This document shows, in pieces, positions 16,736-33,674 of a stretch of DNA of 64,000 bases (the first letter of the stretch is position 1; each line of letters opens with the position of its first letter). The stretch is taken from the NCBI RefSeq assembly GCF_009914755.1, contig NC_060926.1; one strand, 5' to 3'. The position numbers and the translations under genes are program-made. Origin of the DNA: the human T2T-CHM13v2.0 reference genome, Homo sapiens. Below the pieces are notes generated by a model. That model saw only the letters and a list, made by a program, of their open reading frames with translations. It was not told the origin of the DNA and did not search any database.

Positions 16736-18753
16736 ATGAAAAAAAAATAAAGCTGCCTTTGACACTTTTATAATGTCTCTTTTCCTCTGTAGTTTTTTTT
16801 TTCAAATTTGTTCTCCATGTTAATCCAAACTTTATTTGCATATAAATGAAAAAGGAGGAAATACAAGGAAAAAAATCCTCAATTTTGTCTGGATCCACAT
16901 AGGACTTGGTGTAGAGAAAACTTCAGTGAAGTCTTTTGACTTTGAATTCTAAAATAAACTATGAGCCCATTTACCCAGATTTAATAGCTTAAAACCACTG
17001 CAGCATAGAGAAGTTCAATTTTAGAGATTTTTTTTCAGTCACAAATACACATGTATTTAACACACAAAAAAAATTCTACTTTGGGCGCTTTAGGGGAATA
17101 AAAATTGAAATTAAAACCAGTCTAATACTAAGGGGCTTACATTCTGGTGAGGAGTATGTGACACATAGATATATCAATGCTGTTGCGAGGTGCAGAAACT
17201 GTGTCAGGAATCTGGAGAGAAAATGGTGGACTTGTACTTGCCATTGAAGAGATACCAAGATGTGAACATGTGGAGAAGTCGGTGGTCGCTGTGGAGAGAT
17301 AGTAGCATGCAGAGGGCCATGAGCCTAGAGACTAACATTGTTTGGCTGAAGTCAACAGCATCAGAGGAGGTTCCAGGTTCTAAATTCAGAAGAAAAGCCA
17401 AGGAGATGCCCTGCACATGCCTTCATTACCCACTATGATTCATATTCAGGAGCAACTCAATTTTGTGGGATTTCGTAGATTTCAGCAGGGAGCATAATCT
17501 TACCAAAATTAGATTTCCTCAATGAAAAAATGGAGAACTGAAAAATGTTACCTCAAAGAGAAAGTTAGAGATGATCCTTTACCGATGAGGAAGTGTGGGC
17601 AAAAGCCTGGCAGTTGAGGCCGACCTCCTCTCCCTCCTCTCTGTCAGCATCTCACTAGTGTATGTGATGAGACTCAGGTGAGGCCCCAGCACTGATGAGA
17701 CACTAAGTGTACATGAGCTCTCTGTTTCTTGTCACATGGCCTCCCCTATACAGCAACAACAAGCAAATGAGAAAAGAGGGCAGGCATAAGCCAAAGTCCA
17801 CCTGCTCTTAAACACATTCGTACCATGATTTCCTAAGGAACTGTTATCAATATCCTGTTTTCATTCAGGGACTTTGACAATACTGTCTGAGGGAGCCTTG
17901 TACTCTTAATGGAGCAGCATGCAGAGAAGTTAGATTTCATGCCTCATTACAAATATTAAGAGATGGACTTTCAGTGATATGTATGTATGCCTTTTCATGA
18001 AGACCTTAAAGTTTGTTTGTTTATTTTTTTCACCTGAGAGTTTCTCTACACTTCATTACTCTATAACTGTACCACCATACATTGGGCTTCAACTGTTCTA
18101 GCATGGCCAGAGCATCTGGAGCTGGAGAGAAGCTGTATTCTGCATGCAAAGCCAAATTGGAGAATTGGTCCCCGAGTTTGAGAGAAAATCTATTTAATTT
18201 GATTATTGACAGAAAAATAAATGGCTCTATTATTTGTCTAGAATCTCCGAAATACGGCATGTAAGAACCTACATGATCTGAATTCCAGGAGTTCCAGCTG
18301 ATCCTTCCCCTACAAACACACACACACACCACATATCATATATATATATCAGCCCTCTAGATTTACTTATAATTCTAGAAGAAGCCATGTCCTGCCCATC
18401 AGTAGCAGCCTTTGCATAATAAACGTTTCCTCTCTAGAACACTCTTGGCCTAACTATTATTAGCCCTTCAGTACTCTACTAGGGTGCTATATATTGAGTC
18501 CTGAGTCTACAGGAGGTTCCCTTCCACCACATCCCTGCAGCTGTTCAATCTTCTTTTCATCCTGGAAATGAACCTGTGGGAATTATCCATTGTTTTATTT
18601 TGTTGGAGTTTTTTTTTCCCCCATAAGACTATGAGCCACTCGAAAACAAAGGTCAAGCTTTCTAATCTTTGATCAATAAATCTAAATATATTCCTAACAA
18701 AATAAATGGTGTAAAATGAAGTATTTAATATAAAATCCTCTTATTTCTACCCC

Positions 18754-18755
<2 letters not shown>

Positions 18756-18785
<30 letters not shown>
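18756..18785. repeat. (CA)n microsatellite
   Basis: About 15 perfect CA units. Confidence 0.95.
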
Positions 18786-18787
<2 letters not shown>

Positions 18788-19266
18788 GCTGTTTCAAGAG
18801 ACAAAAAAGCTCTCAAGATGTTATCTGATCACCTTCATACCATTGAATAAAGAATTGTTCCCATTTGAAAAATACTAAAGACAAGAGAAGTTCAATGACG
18901 CTCCCTAAAGCAAGTCCGGCCCCTTGAAAAGCAGGAGAGTAGTTCGCACCATGATCTGCCCTCTCTTGGTGTAGACTTCTCCCAGTTCCCCTTCACCTGG
19001 TAGTTTACTTCAGAGGAGGAACAAGAGAGTCTCGGGAAAGAGGACTCTCAGAAGCAGGATACTTGCCACGTGAGGCAGGTGCCTGTTTCTCCTGTGCAGT
19101 GGTCTCCAGAGACCGGCGAAGGAGACTCTGATCTGTAATTATATCCTTCCTTCGGTCTCTCATTAGTGCACACTGTTGCTGAATACAGATAAGCCTGTAT
19201 TTGAGAATTCTGTGCCCGATCATTGTTATTAATTATAGGGAAGATTTGATATTTTAAAATATATTT

Positions 19267-20172
19267 GAGGAAGGAGCCAAGATGGCCGAATAGGAACAGC
19301 TCCGGTCTACAGCTCCCAGCGTGAGCGACGCAGAAGACGGGTGATTTCTGCATTTCCATCTGAGGTACCGGGTTCATCGCACTAGGGAGTGCCAGACAGT
19401 GGGCGCAGGCCAGTGTGTGCGCGCACCGTGCACGAGCCGAAGCAGGGCGAGGCATTGCCTCACTCGGGAAGCGCAAGGGGTCAGGGAGTTCCCTTTCCGA
19501 GTCAAAGAAAGGGGTGACAGACGCACCTGGAAAATCGGGTCACTCCCACCCGAATATTGCGCTTTTCAGACCGGCTTAAAAAACGGCGCACCACGAGACT
19601 ATATCCCACACCTGGCTCAGAGGGTCCTACACCCACGGAATCTCGCTGATTGCTAGCACAGCAGTCTGAGATCAAACTGCAAGGCGGCAACGAGGCTGGG
19701 GGAGGGGCGCCCGCCATTGCCCAGGCTTGCTTAGGTAAACAAAGCAGCCGGGAAGCTCCAACTGGGTGGAGCCCACCACAGCTCAAGGAGGCCTGCCTGC
19801 CTCTGTAGGCTCCACCTCTGGGAGCAGGGCACAGTCAAACAAAAAAACAGCAGTAACCTCTGCAGACTTAAGTGTCCCTGTCTGACAGCTTTGAAGAGAG
19901 CAGTGGTTCTCCCAGCACGCAGCTGGAGATCTGAGAACGGGCAGACTGCCTCCTCAAGTGGGTCCCTGACCCCTGACCCCCGAGCAGCCTAACTGGGAGG
20001 CACCCCCCAGCAGGGGCACACTGACACCTCACACGGCAGGGTATTCCAACAGACCTGCAGCTGAGGGTCCTGTCTGTTAGAAGGAAAACTAACAACCAGA
20101 AAGGACATCTACACCGAAAACCTATCTGTACATCACCATCATCAAAGACCAAAAGTAGATAAAACCACAAAG
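19267..20172 (+). promoter_or_regulatory. L1 5'UTR: internal sense promoter (YY1 site) and antisense promoter
   Basis: YY1 motif CAAGATGGCCG intact and CpG-rich; promoter activity is established for this L1 region, not shown for this copy. Confidence 0.8.
19502..19717 (-). CDS. L1 ORF0, 71 aa, open
   Basis: ATG at 19717; MAGAPPPASLPPCSLISDCCASNQRDSVGVGPSEPGVGYSLVVRRFLSRSEKRNIRVGVTRFSRCVCHPFL matches primate L1 ORF0. Confidence 0.88.
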   Translation of the reverse strand: MAGAPPPASLPPCSLISDCCASNQRDSVGVGPSEPGVGYSLVVRRFLSRSEKRNIRVGVTRFSRCVCHPFL

Positions 20173-21189
20173 ATGGGGAAAAAACAGAACAGAAAAACTG
20201 GAAACTCTAAAACGCAGAGCGCCTCTCCTCCTCCAAAGGAACGCAGTTCCTCACCAGCAATGGAACAAAGCTGGATGGAGAATGATTTTGACGAGCTGAG
20301 AGAAGAAGGCTTCAGACGATCAAATTACTCTGAGCTACGGGAGGACATTCAAACCAAAGGCAAAGAAGTTGAAAACTTTGAAAAAAATTTAGAAGAATGT
20401 ATAACTAGAATAACCAATACAGAGAAGTGCTTAAAGGAGCTGATGGAGCTGAAACCCAAGGCTCGAGAACTACGTGAAGAATGCAGAAGCCTCAGGAGCC
20501 GATGCGATCAACTGGAAGAAAGGGTATCAGCAATGGAAGATGAAATGAATGAAATGAAGCGAGAAGGGAAGTTTAGAGAAAAAAGAATAAAAAGAAATGA
20601 GCAAAGCCTCCAAGAAATATGGGACTATGTGAAAAGACCAAATCTACGTCTGATTGGTGTACCTGAAAGTGATGTGGAGAATGGAACCAAGTTGGAAAAC
20701 ACTCTGCAGGATATTATCCAGGAGAACTTCCCCAATCTAGCAAGGCAGGCCAACGTTCAGATTCAGGAAATACAGAGAACGCCACAAAGATACTCCTCGA
20801 GAAGAGCAACTCCAAGACACATAATTGTCAGATTCACCAAAGTTGAAATGAAGGAAAAAATGTTAAGGGCAGCCAGAGAGAAAGGTCGGGTTACCCTCAA
20901 AGGAAAGCCCATCAGACTAACAGCGGATCTCTCGGCAGAAACCCTACAAGCCAGAAGAGAGTGGGGGCCAATATTCAACATTCTTAAAGAAAAGAATTTT
21001 CAACCCAGAATTTCATATCCAGCCAAACTAAGCTTCATAAGTGAAGGAGAAATAAAATACTTTATAGACAAGCAAATGCTGAGAGATTTTGTCACCACCA
21101 GGCCTGCCCTAAAAGAGCTCCTGAAGGAAGCGCTAAACATGGAAAGGAACAACCGGTACCAGCCGCTGCAAAATCAAGCCAAAATGTAA
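20173..21189 (+). CDS. L1 ORF1p RNA-binding chaperone, intact 338 aa
   Basis: MGKKQNRKTGNSKTQ...; REKG, ARR and YPAKLS motifs present; canonical length. Confidence 0.95.
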   Translation: MGKKQNRKTGNSKTQSASPPPKERSSSPAMEQSWMENDFDELREEGFRRSNYSELREDIQTKGKEVENFEKNLEECITRITNTEKCLKELMELKPKARELREECRSLRSRCDQLEERVSAMEDEMNEMKREGKFREKRIKRNEQSLQEIWDYVKRPNLRLIGVPESDVENGTKLENTLQDIIQENFPNLARQANVQIQEIQRTPQRYSSRRATPRHIIVRFTKVEMKEKMLRAAREKGRVTLKGKPIRLTADLSAETLQARREWGPIFNILKEKNFQPRISYPAKLSFISEGEIKYFIDKQMLRDFVTTRPALKELLKEALNMERNNRYQPLQNQAKM

Positions 21190-21252
21190 AGACCATCGAG
21201 ACTAGGAAGAAACTGCATCAACTAATGAGCAAAATCACCAGCTAACATCATA

Positions 21253-25082
<3,830 letters not shown>

Positions 25083-25125
25083 ACAATGAGATCACATGGA
25101 CACAGGAAGGGGAATATCACACTCT

Positions 25126-25159
25126 GGGGACTGTGGTGGGGTCGGGGGAGGGGGGAGGG
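25126..25159 (+). other. G-rich G-quadruplex-type motif in the L1 3'UTR
   Basis: ggggactgtggtggggtcgggggaggggggaggg, at least four G-runs. Confidence 0.7.
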
Positions 25160-25899
25160 ATAGCATTGGGAGATATACCTAATGCTAGATCACACGTTAG
25201 TGGGTGCAGTGCACCAGCATGGCACATGTATACATATGTAACTAACCTGCACAATGTGCACATGTACCCTAAAACTTAAAGTATAATAAAAAAAAAAAAA
25301 ACATTAAAAAAAAAAAAAAAAAAGAAGAAAAAAAAGAAAAAAAAAATAAAATATATTTAATGGGATTTGGAGCTTTGAAGTTCATGGGAAGGATTGAAAT
25401 GTGATACATGTTGATAGTGACTGTAAATGATACACAGCTAATGAAAATTTCCATTGCTGGGGTGTTGAATTAATAGCACTTGGCATTTGTACAGCAATTT
25501 TTATTTTAAAAAGCATTTTGTGAGCAATATTTTGTCTTATTCTCAGAAGAGCCCACTTAAAGCAGGTAGGACAAAGGTCACCATACCTGCTAACAAAGAG
25601 AAAGGGAGATGGAGGCACAGAGAGGAGCAGGCAGGTGTTAGAGGCCAGGAGCTGGCGGCAGTCGTCCTGACACTGGGCAGGTGTCTTTACCACCGGAAGC
25701 TGCCACCTCAGCTCAGACCCGAGCTGTTAAATGCCTAGATGCCTAACTGTGCCAAAAGCCACTCATGCTGCTAAACTTAGTTCCCAAAACAAAACATACA
25801 CAAACACAAAACCCTCCCTTCCCAAATTTCCTGAGAGGGGTAGGACACAGGAATATGAGAAAATTTTCAAATCATATTAAATTTCTTTCAGTGCTAAGA

Positions 25900-26290
25900 A
25901 CCTTGACACTCTGGACCTTTCACCTGTGATTTTCACTTCTGGGAATCTATCCTAAATAAAGAGAGAGAAATGTTCACAGATTTTTTTTTTTTGAATAAGG
26001 ATGCTCATCTCAGAATTATGAAAGTAAACATTTGAAAATGAACCAGTTCTTCAACATCAGAATACTTAAATAATTTATATTATATGTGGGGATCTTATGA
26101 AGCTGTTAAAATTTCTACTTCCAAAGAATATTTAACAAGGTAGGAAATTCCTGTGACTTAACCTTAAGTAAATAAAGAGTAGATAAGAAATTAAAGTTAT
26201 GTCAAATTATTAATAGTAGTTATGTTTATTATTTTTATTCTATCTCTTTGTTGTTTTAGTTTAAAAGTTTCACAATAAACATTATTTGAG
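25900..26290 (+). mobile_element. Ancient L1ME-like 3' fragment
   Basis: cacttctgggaatctatcctaa...aaggatgctcatc...gcagc-like ttatgaagctgttaaaa; resembles decayed L1M 3' regions. Confidence 0.55.
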
Positions 26291-26795
26291 TAACAGAAAG
26301 GAAGACATTTTAAGTTTTATTTGTAAAAGTGATATTCTAAATTAATGTATTATCTCATTAAATGTGGTTTCCTCAGCTTCTCTTATGGCCAGACACTCTT
26401 CTTAGGAGCCAAATATGCCAGTCTCTTCCCTTGGGGAGCTCACATTTGAGTGTGGATGTTGGCTGGGGTTTGGGGGAGACAAAACAGAAAATAAACAATA
26501 AACATACAAAGTACATGACATAGCATTTATAACAAGTACTCTATGATGCTTTCTCGAAGTAATCCAAAGATGATACAAAAAGGGGAAAAATGTGCAGGAT
26601 ACAGAGCTTGGAGAAAGACGGAGAGTTGCCATTTGAAGGAGATGATGAAAGTTGGGCTTTTGAGGAGTGTAGCATTTGAATAAAGTCTTGAAGGAGATGA
26701 GAGCCTCAGCCAGAACATAACTTCTTCTTTAATACTTTGGGCAAGGTTTGTTTTCAGTTTTTTTTCAAAATTCAGAGAAGTAATTCAATGCATGT

Positions 26796-26833
26796 ACTAT
26801 ATATCAGCTAACACACTATATATTAGCTAACAC
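26796..26833. repeat. 19-bp tandem duplication
   Basis: actatatat(c/t)agctaacac twice. Confidence 0.9.
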
Positions 26834-27713
26834 ACAGTGGGATTTGAGACAGTGCCCTTAAGCAAACACATTAATATTTCTGCAGGGAAACATGAATATT
26901 CATACAAAGCGGAATAAAGAGAGTATTAGCCCACCTGAGTTCTGGCTAGGGTTCTCCACCAAATGAATTTTGGGAAAAACATATTTGATTACACATCTTT
27001 ATGGATTTCAGGAAGAGAGATAAAGAGTTGTAAAATTGTAAGACACACAGAGGTTGAGTGAAGTGATGCAATCAGAAATAACATTTCATATTTATTGCTG
27101 TTAGCATTTACACATTTTGCTCCAGATGTCCTTCTGACAGCGCTACAGCTCTGGAGTGGGTTTGAAACAGCTCCATTGAGGGGATGGAACGGCTCTAACT
27201 AGCTCTGTTGGGAGGCTCCTGTCACCAAGAGGCAAGTGGCCTGGGCGGCTTCTCTCAGAGGGAACTCCTGCAGGGCATAGAGGCTTGGGCTCGGGCACCC
27301 TTCAGTGTTCCTCTTCTCCAAGATAATGCACGTCCTTAAATTCATCAATGCATCTAGGTGGATATCTTCAACAGTGACTTTTCCAAAGGGAGAGTAGTGA
27401 GGCAGAAATGTTTCTGAGATGCCGAATAAAGCCGGCCGTTAGCCTTTGCGAACACGATGCTGATTCATATGGGAGGTTTAATAAATCTGTGCAGAAGGAA
27501 TGTTTGGTTGATGGCCACGCTGGCTGCGGGCACTTTCACTCACACTGCCCATGCCTTGCCTCACACCAAGGTTTCACAGGATAACTGTCTCAGGTTGTCA
27601 AGGCTTATAAGCTACTTTATTATATTTTTATTTAGTTTTTAACTAAATTACTTTGGTGAACATAATTTCTAAAATTTACAGGACATCTCATGATTGAAAA
27701 TATTCTCACTACC

Positions 27714-27821
27714 GCGTGAACCCAGGAGGCAGAGCTTGCAGTGAGCCAAGATTGCGCCACTGCATTCCAGCCTGGGCAACAGAGCGAGACCCCCTCTAAA
27801 AAAAAAAAGAAAGAAAAAAAA
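27714..27821 (+). mobile_element. 5'-truncated AluY
   Basis: GCGTGAACCC...GAGCTTGCAGTGAGC diagnostics, A tail, 13-bp TSD GAAAATATTCTCA (27696-27708 and 27822-27834). Confidence 0.9.
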
Positions 27822-27994
27822 GAAAATATTCTCATTTAGTTTTGGTTTCCACATTCCAAAAACTAATTGAGAAAACATTTTACTATGGAAATGCAGATTG
27901 TCATGAGCCAGGGACTAGTGGTGGTTTTGTTTCCTGCCGTATCGTCATGTTTCTAAACTCTGCCTATAACAAAGCAGGCATAATGCATCTATGG

Positions 27995-28475
27995 AGAGAG
28001 AGGTATATATATATATAATATATACATATTATATATATACATATTATATATAATATGTATATATATAATATATGTTAGGGCCTATTCAGTACATTCAAGT
28101 AATTCAGTACATTCAAGGAAACTATTGATAATGCTCATTTATCTCATATATATATATCCACTAATGCATATTATATGAGATATATATATGCACTATTGCA
28201 TATATATCAAACTATTGATAATGCTCTTTTATCTCATATATATGCACATATTGTATATATATTTGCGTGTGCACATATGTGTGTATACATGTGTGTATAT
28301 AAACACACAAATATACACACAGACACTATGCATCTATAGAGAGAGAGGTGTATATATATACACACACACATATATGTATGTATATATACACATGTATACA
28401 CACATATATGTATGTATATATACACATATATAGGCACACACACTCAAATATATATACATGTATGTGCATATATAA
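27995..28475. repeat. (TA)/(CA)/(TG)-rich low-complexity tract with embedded templated copies
   Basis: Alternating purine-pyrimidine runs interrupted by copies of flanking sequence. Confidence 0.9.
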
Positions 28476-29938
28476 GATGAGTGAATGAGCATTATCAATA
28501 GTTTTCCTTGAATGTACTGAATTCCTACAAAATGATCAGCAGCTGTTCTTTTTCAGTTGTATTCCAGGTTAATCACATATGTTACCTGTTTCCTTGCAAT
28601 GCTTCAAGGCTGTGGGTGTTTCGTTAAGTTCTTCTTCACTTCCAACCATCCAGATCTGCTCCAGTTAGTCTGTTCATAGCCCTCACTCTACTCTCATTAT
28701 CCTTCCAGTCATTACATTTTGGGTCCCTATATCTTATATTTAATTTTGATAAATGAGTAAAGAGAGGAAGTGGCCTGTTCAGACATTAAATCTTGGTGCA
28801 TATTATTACAAAAAAAGGATCACTAGATCAAGAGGAAGGAACATGCATTTGCTAGCATACCATGTGTTCCAAGATGGCGTCAATTGCAAAAAAAAAAAAA
28901 AAAAAAAAAACTCAGGAAAACTCAACTTCATTCTGAGATCAGTTGAAATGGGGGCTAATATCACAAACACACTGGCTTTACAGTTGCATTATCTGTATTC
29001 AGAGCTCTCTGAGATGTGCAACCAGGGCAAATAACACAATTTTCTGCATTACTTCTCTTTAGCTAAGAAATTTTCTTCAAACAGAAGGGAAAAGAAAAAG
29101 ACAGACTAAACTCTTTTGTAAAGGCTATCACCAGGTCTGAGAGCAGTAGTGGAGTGAGCAGCGCCAATCCGAGTGAGAATAGCAACAGTCAGGCTGCTGC
29201 TGCTTCTTCCTCTCCTATGGCCCTGACTATAAAAATAAAACTCCTCCCATTTTTACAGGGCCAGCAAACACTGAACAGCTCGCAGCTGGCCGGGCCAACT
29301 GTGTGTCTTCTGTTGCCGCCAAAACAATCCCCTTGGCATCCGTGAACAGTGCAGAAGCAGGTTCTTCACCCTCTCAGACCATTCCTGATGGAGATGAGGA
29401 GATTCTGGCTTTTCACCTTCTGGCCAACACTGCTGCTTTTTGTTAACATCTATCCTGGTGGTTAGAACCTAGATCTCTGTCTCTTGTACCCTCTCTGCTT
29501 TACTCAAAAAAATCTGGAACAATGGTGAAGTGGGAAAGCCCTTAATTCTGTACTCTTTAAAAACTACTGTGGAAAGTAAAGGGATGAAATCCTAATCAGA
29601 ATTTTTTTTTCTACAAGAGCGTATGGATTTATTTCCGATTAAAAAAGGAACAGCACCAGAAAGTATTCATTTGCTGTTATATCAAAACATTTAGATTTGT
29701 TTGCCCTACTATATTTAAATTAGTGTGTTAAGTAACTGAGAATTGAAATGCAGCAACATATAGTTCCAAACATGCCCAAGGTGTATATCCCAGCCTCTGT
29801 TTATCGATTTTGTGCATTCATTGACTAACTTACCTCATGGAGGTTGTAGTTACAACCCCAAATCTAGGCTGGTAACTTATAAACTGGCTATAGATATGGA
29901 TTATGGGAACAGATAATTTAGAGATATTGGATAATGGA

Positions 29939-30347
29939 TTCTTAGTCAGTTTCAGCTGCTATAACAAAAATACCATAGACTTGTGTGGCTTAAAAAACAG
30001 ACATTAACTTCTCACAATTCTGGAGGCTGGAAGTCCATGATGAGGGTACCAGCAGATTCAATGTCTAGTGAGGACCCATTTCCTGGTTTGCAGATGACTG
30101 TCTTCTCCTTGTACCCTCACATGGTGGGGAGAGAGAAAGAAAGAGAAAAAGAAAAAGAAAGAGAAAGAGAGAAAAAGAGAACAAGCTGTCTCTTGTCTCT
30201 TCTTATCAGGATACTAATTTCTTCATGAGAGGTCTACCCTGGTGACCTAATCACCTCCTAAAGGTCCCATCTTTACATACCATCACATTGGGAATTAAGG
30301 CTTCAATATGTGCATTTGTGGGGGGCACAAACATTTAGTCCGTAGTA
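29939..30347 (-). mobile_element. MLT1A/A0-like MaLR LTR
   Basis: cttagtcagtttcagctgctataacaaaaatacc...tctggaggctggaagtcc...gacctaatcacctcc...cacaaacatttagtcc. Confidence 0.85.
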
Positions 30348-31754
30348 TGGATATTAGAGATTGTTACTCAGCCCCCTGTCCCTTCTGAAGAGTAGCGTGT
30401 GCTTTTGGCATATCCAAGTAAATGCAGTCATTTTTTAAAATGCCTATTTAACACCTACTACATATCTATGGGTCAAGCTCAGTGCTAGAGATACATATGT
30501 GAATAACAGGGACACGGTATGCTGGAAGTGTCTGCTAGGGGTAGCAGGAAGTTCTAAGCAGAAGACCTAACACGGTCTAGGATTTGACTTCCCAACTTAG
30601 ACCCCAGAGTGGGGCAGAGAAAGGAGGTGCACGTGTCCAATGAGTACAAGGGAGAAACAGTCCATGATATGGGGTGAATTGGGCCGGAGCTCCCAGTGGG
30701 AACCTTGTGGCCAGTGTCAGCAATTTAGGCTGAATCCTAAGAACAATGCCAAGCCCTGAGAGGTTTCTAAACAGAGGAGAGAGATGAACGCATTGGTCCC
30801 CTCTTTTCCGCTAGGTTCATTTTGCACTGCCAGATCTCCACAGTGACTCTCCCTTCTCTACGCTTCCTCATGAGCTTGCTTTCAGGACTTGGTAAGTGCT
30901 GCTGACTTTGTCAAGAGCACTTGGAAGTCGGATGAACCAGGTTTAAAAATCAGCTCTGCCACTTACCAGTTGTGTGATTTTAGACATTGTGTTACCGAGA
31001 TGTTCTTCCTCATTTGTACCTCCTAGTGGGTTACTAATTAAATCTCTGTTTCAGCACTTAAAAAATGTTCTTCTCTGTTGTCTTTGTCATATGAATTTCA
31101 ATTAAATGTCTTAACTCACTGGCCTAAGGCCCTTAAGAATATGTATGTACCACGTCTGACAGATAACGCAGGACCTAGCTCTATGGAGTTGTCTCGTGTA
31201 AAGATAATTCACCCCTGTCTCCCTAGCCTAGATAATCCCTGTTTATCCTTCTTCCCAGGTGAACAAGGATCTCAGACCCAGGAATCAATAACAACTACTA
31301 TTAGTTTAGCCCGGACATACACTGCATGTGATTATACCAAATGTACATGTGTCCTCAGTCATATAACCAAGAACTAATTATCTCGTGACTGCCAGGCACT
31401 GTTACTTAAGGAAATTACAACTTCTTAAGGGGTGGCTGAGAGGATAAGTGAGAATAGGAAAATAAGTTTATAGGACACCCACTGAAATACATTAACACGC
31501 ACTTGCCATATGGTGACTCATTAAATTAAACTTGACTGAAACTATGGGAAGTGGATGGTGGCAAATGCATTTTTTTAGAAAAGAAAGTGCAGTCTGAGAG
31601 AGGTAAAGCAACTTGCTGACTGCGCTCTACCTCAGGTAAGCCAGCGCACATACAGGAGAAGGGTAAAACAGGGCTTGTCTGACTTTCCTGTCTAAGTACC
31701 TTACCTGAGGATTCCCCCAAGAAGTGAAGCAACACAAAAACTGATATGATTTAA

Positions 31755-31950
31755 CTATTATTGACTAAATGCATACTATATGCTAGGCACCATTCTAAGT
31801 GCATTATATCCACGTCCCATTGAATTTCTTATATGGTAGATTGTACTATCATCCGGATTTTGCAAATGAGAAAACTGAGATTCAAGCAGGTTATGCAAGT
31901 AGCCCAAAGCCTGTGAACAAATACGTGGCAGAGCTGGAGTCGCAGATCTC
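31755..31950 (-). mobile_element. MIR SINE
   Basis: tatgctaggcaccattctaagtgc...attttgcaaatgagaaaactgag...gtggcagagctgga. Confidence 0.75.
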
Positions 31951-32873
31951 CCTTTTGCTCATTCCTTTGTTCTTAAGTATTCCTCTTACGCACCAGAATG
32001 GAATCATTATATATGCTGTATGAAATTAAAATTGATATATTTTTCAGGGTTGAGATCAGTTAATAAGGACTGGAGGAGGTTTTGTGGAGGGAGAGAGCAT
32101 GTGGAGGGACATGGGCTGAGAGCTGGAGAGAATTCAGAAGGTAGAGAGGAATGAGGAGGGCATTCCAAGCAAGGCGATGTCACAGCCAGTGTGTTGGAGA
32201 GGAACATGACAGATTGGAGGGACCACGGACAGAACAGACAAGCAAGCATCTAAATTTCAATTCTGAAGGAAATAGCCAGTGATTCTGTCTTATTATAGCA
32301 TATACTTCTCCGCTTGGCAATCATAATTCTCCTCTAGTTTCCTATTAAAAGAAAGTTGTAACTGGGAGACAGGCAAATGAAAATCATCCTCATTCATCAA
32401 TGTTGGTTTCTATAGAAACTACTGGTGCGGCTCCATACAGAATCCTGGAATCAAGGTCAGCTAGACCATCCCTAGGGTTAGTTCTGCTTTGAATATTCCA
32501 GGAGTGATTAACCAACCTAAAACTACCCTTAGGCCAAGGCTGAAATTTGAGGTCAGGATTGCTAAAGTAGATTTATAAAAACTTAACCCTTCATAGCATA
32601 ATGACATGATTTAAATAATTCACATCACTCACTGATTTTCTGAAGATAGGAGAAAGGATAGTGAAATTCATTAAAAAGATGGAAACAAACTGAAAATTAG
32701 GAAAAGAATTAGAAAGCAAACATGAAGTGGGGCACACACAGTAAATGATGCTTAATAAATATTTAAAATAATAGTCTCCAATAGCAAGAGGTCTAGAGTG
32801 TGGCCCCTGGCATCCAACCTTGCTGGGTTCAGATGCTGACTAGGCTGCCAGAGAAGTGAATACAGTAGGTCAA

Positions 32874-33561
<688 letters not shown>

Positions 33562-33674
33562 AGTAGATACATCAGTTATTTAACCTCCAATGTCCTCTTC
33601 TGAATAGCTAGAATACAATCCTCCTTAGTTACACGTTCTGTTCTTGTGGGCTTTCCTTGTGAAGTGGGCCCTTT

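Noticed and set aside
28867-28910. TTCCAAGATGGCG (YY1 motif, L1 5'-end-like) followed by a ~23-nt A-run
   Set aside because: No TSD and no L1 body; a chance motif next to an expanded A-run is the simpler explanation
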